Assembly (NCBI GenBank): GCA_038087875.1
Contig: JAXLNO010000142.1
Coordinates: 1-49,420, forward strand
Origin: Malacoraja senta
Lineage: Eukaryota
Reading direction: 5' to 3'
Length of the DNA: 49,420 nucleotides
Part shown: in pieces, positions 11,891-23,902 of the stretch
Layout of the letters: every line of letters starts with the position of its first letter
How positions within the stretch are numbered: position 1 is the first letter of the stretch
The notes under the pieces: model-generated
Told to the model about the DNA's origin: nothing
The model's input: the letters and a program-made list of their open reading frames with translations, nothing else
Databases searched by the model: none
Position numbers and translations under genes: made by a program

Positions 11891-12608
11891 ATAGACACGA
11901 GAGATACATCGTGTTCCAGGTGTACACTGGCCCTATCCCCGAACTCTATCCCCATTACATTGATGACTGCATCGATGCTAGAAAATATATCCACAATATT
12001 CAACCACAATCCATACCCAGAATTGTTTGGTCATGCTAGTGGAGTGGCACAAATAGACCTAGTTAGTCACAATCATAACTTGGAAATACATTGCTGGTCC
12101 TTCGTTATTTGTGGGGCCTACTCCTATCATTTACATCGTTTACTAAACACATCCATCGGTGGTGGAATAAGGATGGTCACATCCTCATGGGTTAAAAGTG
12201 GAAGCCTAAACACTGAGGCCCACATCCAAAAACACAGATTTATCAGCAAAACATCTGGAGGGAATCACAACTTGCAGCTCATCATCAGCTCTGGAGTATG
12301 TGTCGTCCTCATTGTGACAAGAAGTAGTAAGATTAAACGAGAACTTACCTAAGTTTGAAGTTTGATCTTTATTTTATGAGGAGTTACGTAGGTGATTACG
12401 TGAAGAACCCCGCCAGTGCGCCTGCGCGTCAATCTTCAAAGCAGCGGTATGAAATCACAAAAAACAACAACCGAAGTAATATAGTCTCATAATAAAACGA
12501 GTAATAAAAGAACTTCCATCTGACCTTTATGATAGAGGGTAGGGTCGTGGTGGGCACGTAATCACCTACGTAACTCCTCATAAAATAAAGATCAAACTTC
12601 AAACTTAG

Positions 12609-13841
12609 AGTGGATAGGGGAGAACCAGTGGATGTGTTGTATCTGGACTTTCAGAAGGCTTTCGACAAGGTACCACATAAGAGATTAGGATACAAACTTA
12701 AATCACACGGTATTGGGGGTTCAGTATTGATGTGGATAGAGAACTGGCTGGCAAACAGGAAGCAAAGAGTAGGAGTAAACGGGTCCTTTTCACAATGGCA
12801 GGCAGTGACTAGTGGGGTACCGCAAGGCTCAGTGCTGGGACCCCAGCTATTTACAATTTATATTAATGATCTGGACGAGGGAATTGAAAGCAACATCTCC
12901 AAGTTTGCGGATGACACTAAGCTGGGGGGAAGTGTTAGCTGTGAGGAGGATGCTAGGAGACTGCAAGGTGACTTGGATAGGCTGGGTGAGTGGGCAAATG
13001 TTTGGCAGATGCAGTATAATGTGGATAAATGTGAGGTTATCCACTTTGGTAGCAAAAACGGGAAGGCAGACTATTATCTAAATGGTGGCCGATTAGGAAA
13101 TGGGGAGATGCAGCGAGACCTGGGTGTCATGGTACACCAGTCATTGAAAGTAGGCATGCAGGTGCAGCAGGCAGTGAAGAAAGCGAATGGTATGTTGGCC
13201 TTCATAGCAAGAGGATTTGAGTATAGGAGCAGGGAGGTTCTACTGCAGTTGTACAGGGTCTTGGTGAGACCACACCTGGAGTATTGCGTACAGTTTTGGT
13301 CTCCAAATCTGAGGAAGGACATTATAGCCATAGAGGGAGTGCAGAGAAGGTTCACCAGACTGATTCCTGGGATGTCAGGACTTTCATATGAAGAAAGACT
13401 GGATAGACTTGGCTTATACTCGCTAGAATTTAGGAGATTGAGAGGGGATCTTATAGAAACGTACAAAATTCTTATGGGGTTGGACAGGCTAGATGCAGGA
13501 AGATTGTTCCCGATGTTGGGGAAGTCCAGGACAAGGGGTCACAGCTTAAGGATAAGGGGGAAATCCTTTAAGACCGAGATGAGGAAAAACGTTTTCACAC
13601 AGAGAGTGGTGAATCTCTGGAACTCTCTGCCACAGAGGGTAGTTGAGGCCAGTTCATTGGCTATATTTAAGAGGGAATTAGATGTGGCCCTTGTGGCTAA
13701 AGGGATCAGGGGGTATGGAGAGAAGGGAGGTACGGGATACTGAGTTGGATGATCAGCCATGATCGTATTGAATGGCGGTGCAGGCTCGAAGGGCCGAATG
13801 GCCTACTCCTGCACCTATTTTCTATGTATCTATGTATCTAT
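12609..13841 (+). mobile_element. Young CR1 LINE, 5'-truncated, inserted in the DIRS-B ICR; open 377-aa RT/C-terminal frame
   Basis: YLDFQKAFDKVPH, SGVPQGSVLGP, KFADDTKL; (TCTATGTA)n tail; removing it restores caaacttag|gtaagttctcg. Confidence 0.95.
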
Positions 13842-14089
13842 GTAAGTTCTCGTTTAATCTTACTATTTTACTTCGGAGTCACGTGAGTGACTACGTGAAG
13901 ACTTTAAAGCTTTGTGATTTCAGGCCGTGGATCAATCCCGGCTTCTCACTGCATAGATTGACTCGGAACGAGAATAATCAATCATGCATTCATAATAACA
14001 TTTGTACCACAAATGCAGTAATTCATTTCAATAATGAAATGAATCAGATCCCCTTTAAACCAGAGGAATTTACACAGAACTTAAAATAG

Positions 14090-15030
14090 TTTCTGCAAAC
14101 AACCCCACAATAGGCCGATGGTAAAAATGTTGAAAAATCAACTCATTGGACCAGCCGGCTGCTGCGAAGATATGGTCGACGGGGACGTCTTTTGCCCTGG
14201 CCGCCGACGTTTCTGCTGCCCTATGCGAGTGAGACGTAAAAACATAAGTGTTAATACCAGCAGCTCTTAAGACTTATTTTATCCATCTGGAAATAGTCTG
14301 TATTGAAACTCTCTTGTTTGGTTTCTTGTGTGTGATCAACAACCCAGTTTCCGTATTATCAAATTCTTTGTGACCTCAATGTATTGTAATAAATATGTCT
14401 TAATACAGAGACATGGATCATTTGGATATGCTGCGAGCATAATTTTAAATCCTGTCACACCTGGCCTAATTTACTTTAGTAGGTCATAGATATAGAATGT
14501 AACCTTGTCTTCAGTTACTTCCATACTGGCTATTTGTAATTTTCCAAGTGTTTGCACTCGTTGTGCTGTCACTCATGCCATAAGCATGAATACTTTCACA
14601 CTGAGCTTGACCAAAGGTAAAGACACACTTGATGACCATTCACGAAGTAGTTTCAGTACGACAATTACATCCCAGATTGTCACGTACCTAGGTTTCGGTG
14701 GTTTGGAATTAAAGATTCCTTTCATTAGTCTGGAAACAATTGGGTGTGACCCAATTGAGTTTCTTTCTGAATCCAGAACCAAATATGAGGACAATGCACT
14801 TCTGGCTGAATTAATTGCACTACAACTCAGACCTTCATCATAATAAAGTTTTGACAGAAATTCTAAACATTTGAAATATCTGCAGTACTTTATTGCACAT
14901 TCTTTTGTACACAGAACTCTTCCCATTTCTTAATATAAGAAAGGTACTGTTTTTGAGTGCTCTTCCTCCAGGCTGCCGTAAGCCTGTCCACAGTATGCTC
15001 AGACAGTCCTCGTCCCAGAAAAGGCATTCT
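14090..15030 (-). pseudogene. DIRS-B tyrosine recombinase (disrupted)
   Basis: SCSAINSARSALSSYL, HPIVSRLMKGIFNSKPPKPRY, and further 3' FTSHSHRAAETSAA, AAAGWS. Confidence 0.85.
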
Positions 15031-15034
15031 TAAA

Positions 15035-17180
15035 ACCTGCAAATCAACAAATCCAAACGATCATATAATGGATGTTGTTCCCCTGTACAGGGTGCAGCCA
15101 TAAATTACTCTTTTTTGGGACTTTCATCAACATTTGTGTTGTTAATTCTAATATCAACGGATACCATGGCTGTGTAGGCCAATCTGGTACTACCAATACC
15201 CTTGAAGCAGCATCTTGCCTGATTTTAAGCAAACATTGGCTTATGAGGCAGAAAGGTGGAAATATATATGTAACATACCACCCCAATGTAGCGAGAAAGC
15301 ATCAATCGCCACTGCTCCTGGATCTGGTTTCCATGAGACATATCTCGAGAGCTGATGATCCAAGTCGATCTCGGTCATTCCAAATCTGATTACTATATCA
15401 TTGAATACCTCTTGATTCAACATCCATTCTTTATTATCATGGAACTTTTCGTGACCTGGTGTCTGCTATCGTGTTCATTCTACCTGGTAGATAGATAGCT
15501 GAAATCCAAATGTTATTTTCAATACACCAAGACCAAAGATGATTTTACCATTTTGTCACATGACACCGACTTAATTCCACCCATATCATTAATATTGGCA
15601 ACTACTGTTGTGTTTATTAATTTGAACTTGAACCTTCCTTTTAGTTGTGTTAGAACCATAAGCTTGGAGTCCATAGCCACCTCCTAAAAGCTCCAAATAG
15701 GTAATTCCCCATGTCTGCAGTAACACTAACTTTTCCTGATTCCATCTGCCTCCGCAGCTCGATGTTAAGTCAGTTGCACCCCATCTTAGGGGATCTTATA
15801 GAAACGTACAAGATTCTTATGGGGTTGGACAGGCTAGATGCAGGAAGATTGTTCCCGATGTTGGGGAAGTCCAGGACAAGGGGTCACAGCTTAAGGATAA
15901 GGGGAAAATCCTTTAAGACCGAGATGAGGAAAAACTTTTTCACACAGAGAGTGGTGAATCTCTGGAACTCTCTGCCACAGAGGGTAGTTGAGGCCAGTTC
16001 ATTGGCTATATTTAAGAGGGAATTAGATGTGGCCCTTGTGGCTAAAGGGATCAGGGGGTATGGAGAGAAGGCAGGTACGGGATACTGAGTTGGATGATCA
16101 GCCATGATCGTATTGAATGGCTGTGCAGGCTCGAAGGGCCGAATGGCCTACTCCTGCACCTAATTTCTATGTATCCTAGTGCACTGGCATCAGTTTGTAA
16201 TATCATGGAAGGTTGTTCAATCAGCACTTTACCTGAACTGCTTGAGACATGTAGAATCCACCACTGCAGATTAGAAACAGCATTTGTTGTTACTTGCATG
16301 GTTCTATCAAAATGACCAGCATTTACTCTCAGTGCCTGTTCTTTGATTCTCTGCAGCTGTTGATAATGTAATGGTCCATACTGGACTGCTGGGAATCTAC
16401 TAATTTTCCCAGTACTCGAGCCACCTGTCTGATTAGAGGTTTTTGCTCGTTTAACAGATTACTGCAATCTTTAATCAACTCCACCCTTTTTTCACTGGCA
16501 AAGTAATTTGCATTTGGGCTAAATCAATTGTGAACCCCAAATAATCAATCGAGGTACATGTTTTTAACATTGATTTCTTTGGATGAATTTAGAAACCCCA
16601 AAACTTTCAAAAGTTTGATTTTATTACTGCAACCAATGCTTCTGTTGACTGTTTTGTCCTTCCTATAATCAGGACATCATCCAGGTATGCCATTAGTACA
16701 TGCCCCTGGCTCTCAGCAACCCCAGAATTGATTTTACCAATTTTATGAATATTCTGGGAGGGAACGTTAACCCATTAGGCAGAGCTTTGAACTGCCCTGA
16801 TTGGTTCATCCATGTAAATTTAGGATAGTTCATATCTTGCAAGTGAACAGACACTGAACAAAAGGATTCAGACTTGTCAAGTCTATAATAATCCTACATC
16901 CTCCATCCTTTTTTGATCGAGGGAATATATTTGACCCAAATTTGTGAATTTGGTAGACTGATTCTTCAATAACACCTTTTATATATAGGTTTTTGAAGCG
17001 CAACTTGAACCTCCATTACTTCGCAAAGTGGAGAGTTCTGCTAGGAACATGCTGGACAGCCAAATCATAATTTGGATTGAATTCAATTCGAAATCCTTGT
17101 ATATTATTCAGAATTACCACATCTGAAGTAATCTTCTTCCAATGTTTATAGAAGAGATGTAATCTGCCTCCAACGTTTGG
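15035..17180 (-). pseudogene. DIRS-B pol (RT, RNase H, MT), heavily disrupted
   Basis: VGGRLHLFYKHWKKIT, ALPNGL, MAYLDDVLI, LQTDASALG|WGA, YVSWKPDPGAVAIDAFSLHW, YIFPPFCLI, VVPDWPTQPWYP. Confidence 0.85.
15788..16172 (+). mobile_element. CR1 3' fragment inserted in DIRS-B RNase H
   Basis: Near-identical to 13443-13826; splits DASALG|WGA; flanks atcttag/atcctag resemble an imperfect target duplication. Confidence 0.92.
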
Positions 17181-17249
17181 ACTTAATCCAGTTAGTATAT
17201 TCCCCTGAGAACCAGGTCCATCTACCTCTTGAGTCATTTGAGTATTCTG

Positions 17250-18508
17250 AGATCCCTGGATTCTCCCGGAAGCACCACCACTGGTCCTTACTCCCACTGC
17301 AGGCCGCCAGCTACATCCCTGCGTTAATGAGCGACTTGGTCCTGGTCTAGGATCCGTATGACGTCTGAAAGTATACTTCCTCTTTACAGACTTTGCAACC
17401 ATTGATGTTTTTATCAATCCTGTTTTCGCTTCATCTTCCAACTCTTTAATACGTCTCCCGAGATCCTCTCCAAAGAGTAAGTTGGGTAATTGTACATTAC
17501 TTGGTTTGCAGAATGCTGCGAATTTCGGATTCATAGTAGGCCGTATAGCACTTTCCTCAGATAATTGATCTCGAAGTGGGTGCTGCATAGCAACCCCAGT
17601 CCTTGCTGATGCAACTTCGTCATCTTTTGGCTGTTACCTGCTATTCTGGTAAAAGCAGTTATTCCAGAACCCAGCAGCTTTAATATTCTCTGCAACTGAT
17701 TCCAGATAATTTGGTTCACTGCTGCTGCTTTCAGCAACCCACAGTTACTTGGGGTCTCCTGCTTTCTTGCAGTCTCATCCATCTCCTGCTGTTGCTGCTG
17801 ATGGTAAACCAAGTAATTTATTAAGGAGGCCAGTTCTTCTCCTAATGGCTCTCCTGACCTTGACGGGGCAGCGAATCCTACTGCCAGGGGTGGAACATCT
17901 GGCAGCTGCCGTTCATTGCCTTGTACAGCCTCACCGTCAGAGTCGGGGTCTGAAATCTCATGACCAGTAGCACGCTCCTCATTCCTGAGGGTGCATTCCA
18001 TCAGCCCTGAGCCAGGTGCTGTTAAGCTGCTTCCTGCAGCTTGGATTACAGTACACTCCTTCCTGAGTGAACTTTGCTCCAACAGCCTATGGAAAAGGCT
18101 TTCTATTTGGGCAATACGCTCGAAAGCAGTATCTAGCCCTGTACCAGGAGCTGTTTGAGCTGCTTCCAGCAGCTTGGCTTTCAGTACACTCCTCCCTGAG
18201 TGAACTTTGCTCCAACAGCCTATGTAAAAGGCTTTCTATTTGGGCAATACGCTCGAAAGCAGTATCTAGCCCTGGAGCTACTTCCATTGCCTGGGACTCC
18301 CTCCGTGGGCCGTTGGGATTTAAACTTTGTCTTTTGCCCGACAGGCGCTGACTGTGTTTTCACCAGCCCCATGTCCACAGTCGCGATGCTCACCGCTGGC
18401 GACTGTACCAGGGTTTAGAGGCGGTAGGTCTCTAACCGCAGACTCCCGACTTTCCCGACTTCTGTCGGCTGTGTCGCTCGCCTCTTCCCCCTGTCCGTTT
18501 TTTTCCAT
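17250..18508 (-). pseudogene. DIRS-B ORF1 (gag-like), disrupted, with internal ~133-bp tandem duplication
   Basis: ATG in gccATGg context at 18508; PSNCGLLKAAAVNQIIW, IRPTMNPKFAAFCKPSNVQLPNLLFGEDL; similar to DIRS-A 180-260. Confidence 0.72.
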
Positions 18509-18909
18509 GGCGTCTGTGGAAAAAATACCCATAGACCCACAGAAAAAGGACCTGGAAAACATGAACAAAGTTTCTACTTACCTTGTAGTTGAAAAACTAC
18601 AAATCCACTGGAAGAGCTCTGCTCCTCACGTCCGTTTGCGTCAAGGCGTCTGACGTAATGACGCGCAGGCGCACTGGCGGGGTTCTTCACGTAGTCACTC
18701 ACGTGACTCCGAAGTAAAATCTAATCAGGCTCCTTCCTTAATCCGGGTTAACAACTCATTTCCCCATATTGTGTGAATTCTGCAGAGAAATACAATTCAA
18801 TTTTACTGCTGCTCAGCCTCTGTTTTAGATATTTTTCCCCAGTTCCTGAATCTTCGTAATTCATCTCATCTCCCTGTCCACTCCACACTGTCCGTCACTC
18901 TCACATTCT

Positions 18910-19137
18910 AAACATAGAAACATAGACAATAGGTGCAGGAGTAGAGGCCATTCGGCCCTTCGAGCCTGCACCAATCGCCATTCAATAGGATCATGGCTGA
19001 TCAGCCAACTCAGTATCCTGTACCTGCCTTCTCTCCATACCCCCTGGTCCCTTTAGCCGCAAGAGCCACATCTAACTCCCTCTTAAATATAGCCAATGAA
19101 CTGTGACCTCAACTACCATCTGTGGCAGAGAGTTCCA
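18910..19137 (-). mobile_element. CR1 3' fragment
   Basis: Reverse complement of CR1 WNSLPQ end, 3' UTR and tail. Confidence 0.88.
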
Positions 19138-19398
19138 TCGGCCATCTTTAAGAGGGGTTGATGGCGGCCATCTTGGTGAAGGCAGGTGAGGTCGGCGCCG
19201 CTGATTGGTCGGATGTCGGCGGCCATCTTGGTGAGGGCAGGTGAGATCGGCGCCGCTGATTGGTCGGATGCCGGCGGCCATCTTTGTGAGGGGTTGATGG
19301 CGGCCATCTTGGTGAGGGCATGTGAGGTCGGCGCCGTTGATTGGTCGGATGCCGGCGGCCACCTTGTTAAGGTCCCGCCGTTCAAGACGCCATCTTGA
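19138..19398. repeat. GC-rich minisatellite (~55-bp unit with shorter variants)
   Basis: Three copies of ggcggccatcttggtgagggcaggtgaggtcggcgccgctgattggtcggatgcc plus partial units. Confidence 0.85.
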
Positions 19399-19520
19399 GA
19401 AGGTACCAAAGGCCCACACACTTGTATCCATTGTCCCCTCTAAACCTGTCTTGTCCACTCACCTGTCCAAGGGTCTTAGTTTACAACTCTTCACCCACCA
19501 GTGCCCATTTGACTTACTTT

Positions 19521-20303
19521 GGCTGGGAAAGTACATCTGGGACCCGTAAACACTCAGCATAGGAGCACCGCAAGGCTGCGTACTCTCTCCTCTCCTCTAC
19601 GCTCTCTACACCAACGACCTCACCTCTGTCAGTCAAGCTTCTCAAGTTTGCGGACAACACAACCCTGATTGGACTGATCCAGGATGAGGAGGAATCGGCT
19701 TACAGACAGCAAGTGTCACAGCTGGAGTCCTGGTGCCGTAGCAACAACATGGAGCTCAATTCTCTTAAGACAGTGGAATTGATTGTAGACTTTAGGAGAG
19801 CTCCCCCTCCCCTCACCCCACTCACCATCAACAACACCACAGTCACATCTGTGGAATCTTTTAAGTTCCTGGGAACCATCATCTCCAAGGACCATAAGTG
19901 GGGGGCTACCATGGACTCCACAGTCAAACAGGCACAACAGATGATGTACTTCCTGCGGCAGCTGAGGAAACACAATCTGCCACAGGCAATGATGGTCCAA
20001 TTCTACACGACCATCGTAGAGTCTGTTCTCACCATCCCCATCATGGTTTGATTTGGCTCAGTCACCAAGCACGACACCTGGAGGCTGCAGCGAATCGTCC
20101 GATCAGCAGAGAAGGTTATTGGCTGCAACCTTCCCTCCATTGATGAACTGTACACTGCAAGGGCCAGGAAGCAAGCGCGTAAGATCATCTCTGACCCCTC
20201 TCACCCTGGCCACAAAGTATTTCAATCACTACCCTCTGGAAGGCGACTCCGGACTGTCACAGCAGTTTTTTATTCACGAGTAGTTGCTCTACTCAACAGC
20301 CAA
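19521..20303 (+). mobile_element. Rex1/Babar LINE fragment
   Basis: [51 protein letters not shown]. Confidence 0.88.
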
Positions 20304-20631
20304 AATTGTTGTAATTGTTATATGGTTATATGGTTATAACAGCGGCGCCTAGCATTTATATATAACCATATAACCATATAACCATTACAGCACGGAAACA
20401 GGCCATCTTGGCCCTTCAAGTCCGTGCCGAACATTATTATTATTATTATTATATATATATATTATTTAATAAATACTTCCCCCTAGTCCCATCTACCTGC
20501 ACTCAGACCATAACCCTCCATTCCTTTCCCGTCCATATACCCATCCAATCTATTTTTAAACCTGAAGATTCCACCTTCAGGGAACTATGCACAGTTATTC
20601 CTAGATCCCTCTGTTCAACTGCATTCCTCAA

Positions 20632-22741
20632 TTATCTACCATTTACCATGTACGTCCTATTTTGATTTGTCCTGCCGAGATGTAGTACCTCACATGTATC
20701 AGCATTAAACTCCATCTGCCATCTTTCAGCCCACTCTTCCAAATGGCCTAAATCTCTCTGTAGACTTTGAAAATCTACTTCATTATCCACCACACCACCT
20801 ATCTTAGTATCATCTGCATACTTACTAATCCAATTTTCCACACCATCATCCAGATCATTGATGTACATGACAAACAACAGTGGACCCAACACAGACCCCT
20901 GAGGCACCCCACTAGTCACCGGCCTCCAACCTGACAAACAGCCATCCACCATTACTCTCTGGCATCTCCCATTCAGCCACTGTTGAATCCATCTTGCTAC
21001 TCCACCATTAATACCCAACAATTGAATCTTCTTAACCAACCTTCCATGAGGAACCTTGTCAAAGGCCTTACTGAAGTCCATATAGACAACATCCACTGCT
21101 GTACCCTCATCAATTTCCCTAGTAACCTCTTCGAAAAATTCTAGAAGATTAGTCAAACATGACCTTCCAGGCACAAATCCATGTTGACTGTTCCTAATCA
21201 GACCCTGCTTATCCAGATGCTTATATATATTATCTTTAAGTATCCTTTCCATTAATTTGCCCACCACTGACGTCAAACTAACAGGTCTATAATTGCTAGG
21301 TTTACTCTTAGAACCCTTTTTAAACAACGGAACAACATGCGCAGTACGCCAATCCTCCGGCACTATTCCCGTTTCTAATGACATTTGAAATATCTCTGTC
21401 ATAGCCCCTGCTATTTGTACACTAACTTCCCTCAATGTCCTCGGGAATATCCTGTCAGGACATGGAGACTTATCCGTTTTCATCTTTTTCAAAAATGTCC
21501 GCACCTCCTCTTCTTTGAATCTCATAGATTCCATTGCTACTCTGCTTGTTTCCCTTACCTTACATAATTCCATATCATTCTCCTTGGTGAATACCGAAGA
21601 AAATAAATTGTTCAGTATCTCCCCCATCTCTTTTGGCTCTGCAGATAGCTGTCCACTCTGACTCTCTAATGGACCAATTTTATTCCTTGTTATCCTTTTG
21701 CTATTAATATAGCTGTAGAAACCCTTTGGATTTACTTTCACCTTACTTGCCAAAGCAACCTCATATCTTCTTTTAGCTTTTCTAATTTCTTTCTTAATAT
21801 TCTTTTTACATTCTTTATACTCCTCAAGCACCTCATTTCCTCCATGCTGCCTATAATTATTGTAGATCTCTCTCTTTTTCCGAACCAAGTGTCCAATTTC
21901 CCTTGAAAACCATGTCTCTTTCCAATTTTTACTATTTCCTTTCAACCGAACAGGTACATAAAGATTCTGTACTCTTAAAACGTCACCTTTAAATGTCCTC
22001 CATTTCTCTTCTACCTCCTTCCCATAAAACAACATGTCCCAATTCACTCCTTTTAAATCCTTTCGCATCTCCTCAAAATTAGCCTTTCTCCAATCAAAAA
22101 TCTCAACCCCAGGTCCAGTTCTGACCCTCTCCATAATTATATTGAAACTAATGGTATTGTGATCACTGGACCCGAAGTGCTCCCCAACGCTTACCTCCGC
22201 CACCTGCCCGGTCTCATTTCCTAACAGGAGGTCCAGCACTGCCCCTTCTCTAGTAGGCACCTCTATGTATTGCTGCAAAAAACTATCCTGCACACATTTT
22301 ACAAACTCCAAACCATCCAGCCCTTTTACAGAATGTGTTTCCCAGTCTACGTGTGGAAAATTGAAATCTCCCACAATCACTACCTTGTGCTTACTACTAA
22401 TATCTGCTATCTCCTTACATATTTGCTCTTCCAATTCTCGCTCCCCATTTGGCGGTCTATAATACACCCTATAATTGTTGCTACACCTTTCCCATTTCTC
22501 AGCTCCACCCAAATAGCCTCCCTAGACGAGCCCTCTAATCTATCCTGCCTAAGCACTGCTGTAATATCTTCCTTGACAAGCAATGCAACACCCCCACCTC
22601 TTGCCCCTCCAATTCTATCACCCTGAAGCAACGAAATCCTGGAATATTTAGTTTCCAATCACAGCCCTCCTGCAACCATGTTTCACTGATCGCCACAACA
22701 TCATACTTCCAGGTATCAATACAGACTCTAAGCTCATCCAC
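20632..22741 (-). pseudogene. CR1 ORF2 (AP endonuclease + RT), frameshifted near N-terminus and truncated
   Basis: AISETWL, VGDFNFPHVDW, GSSDHN, NYRPVSLTSVVGK, YMDFSKAFDKVPH, KYADDTKI. Confidence 0.92.
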
Positions 22742-22802
22742 CTTTCTTTCAATGCTCCTAGCATTAAAATATACACATTTAAGAAACCCACCACCACTTA
22801 TT

Positions 22803-22896
22803 CTGAAGAAGGGTTTCGGCCCGAATCGTTACCTATTTCCTTCGCTCCATAGATGCTGCTGCACCCGCTGAGTTTCTCCAGCATTTTTGTGTACCT
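22803..22896 (+). mobile_element. Short Penelope 3'-end insertion in the CR1 inter-ORF spacer
   Basis: Matches the 3' end of the Penelope at 44396-44491; flanked by duplicated accacttattct (22793-22804, 22897-22908). Confidence 0.85.
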
Positions 22897-23031
22897 ACCA
22901 CTTATTCTCTGTTTATTATCTTTTTCTTCTTTCTCCCCTACATTTTGGGTCCGAGTGCTTCCCTTCTCTGCCTCCTGCCTCCCACATTTTCTACCATCTT
23001 TCTCTATTTGAGTCCCTCCCCTCCAACCGTT

Positions 23032-23446
23032 CTAGTTTAAAGTCTCCCCAGTAGCCTTTGCAAATCTCCCTGCCAGGATATTGGTTCCCCTCGGGTTCAA
23101 GAGCAACCCGTCCTTTCTGTACAGGTCACACCTTTCCCAAAAGAGGTCCCAATGATCCAGAAATTTGAATCCCTGCTCGCTGCACCAGTTCCTCAGCCAC
23201 GCATTTATCCTCCACCTCATTTCGTTCCTGCTCTCACTGTCGCATGGCACAGGTAGTAATCCTGAGATTGTTACCTTTGCGGACGTTCTCCGTAACTCTC
23301 CTCCCAACTCCCTAAATTCTCCTTTCAGGACATCTTCTCTTTTTCTGCCTATGTCATTGGTACCTATATGTACCACAACCTCAGGCTCCTCTCCCTCCGA
23401 TTTCAGGATCTCTTGGACACGTTCATACACATCCCTGACCCTGACG
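23032..23446 (-). pseudogene. CR1 ORF1 SGNH esterase-like domain (C-terminal part)
   Basis: PEVVVHIGTNDIG, ISGLLPVP, FLDHWDLFW, KDGLLLNPRGT. Confidence 0.88.
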
Positions 23447-23525
23447 TAATTGAACTCCGCAATTGAATCTACAATGTTGGACACGTTCTTCTTCCTAACT
23501 TGTCTAATCTGATGTGCAACTATTT

Positions 23526-23822
23526 GGGCGGCACGGTGGCGCAGCGATGGAGTTGCTGCCTTACAGCGCCAAAGACCCGGGGTCAATCCTGACCGGGGAT
23601 ACTGCCTGTACTTTCTCCCTGTGACAGCGTGGGTTTTCTCCGGGTGCTCCGGTTTCATCCCACACGCCACAGACCTGCAGGTTTTCAAGGTTAATTGGCT
23701 TTGGAAAATTTGTAAATTGTCCCTAGTGCGTAGGGTAGTGCTAGCGTACGGGGTGATCGCTGGTCGGCGCGGTCTCGGTGGGCCGAAAGGCCAGTTTCCA
23801 CTCTATATCGCTAAAGTTTAAA
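23526..23822 (+). mobile_element. HE1/V-SINE
   Basis: ggcacggtggcgcagcg A box, B-box-like ggtcaatcc, V-domain gcgtgggttttctccgggtgctccggtttc, CR1-like tail. Confidence 0.88.
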
Positions 23823-23902
23823 TCAGCTTGTCTTAACTCATCTTATTCCCTTCCCCACCAAACCCTTTGTTAAAGATAAAGATTGATAACCTGAGGTTTA
23901 AA

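Larger units (their letters stand above)
12325..18720 (-). mobile_element. DIRS1-type retrotransposon B, full extent, defective, with two CR1 insertions
   Basis: 35-bp ITR core 12397-12431 = reverse complement of 18659-18693. ICR (12555-12608 + 13842-13901) is complementary to both termini. gag-RT-RH-MT-YR remnants on the minus strand. Confidence 0.94.
20361..23446 (-). mobile_element. CR1 LINE (family with (TATATGGT)n tail): ORF1 3' half and ORF2, with deletion in the ORF2 C-terminus near 20560
   Basis: ORF1, APE and RT in order; 3' UTR joined prematurely at ttttaaa|cctgaagattcc. Confidence 0.93.

Noticed and set aside
11960..12352. 130-aa ORF as a host exon
   Set aside because: No recognisable domain, non-ATG start, and it runs into the DIRS-B terminus.
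20632..22512. 626-aa ORF as an active LINE or host gene
   Set aside because: N-terminal frameshifts, premature stop and C-terminal deletion; 5' end missing.
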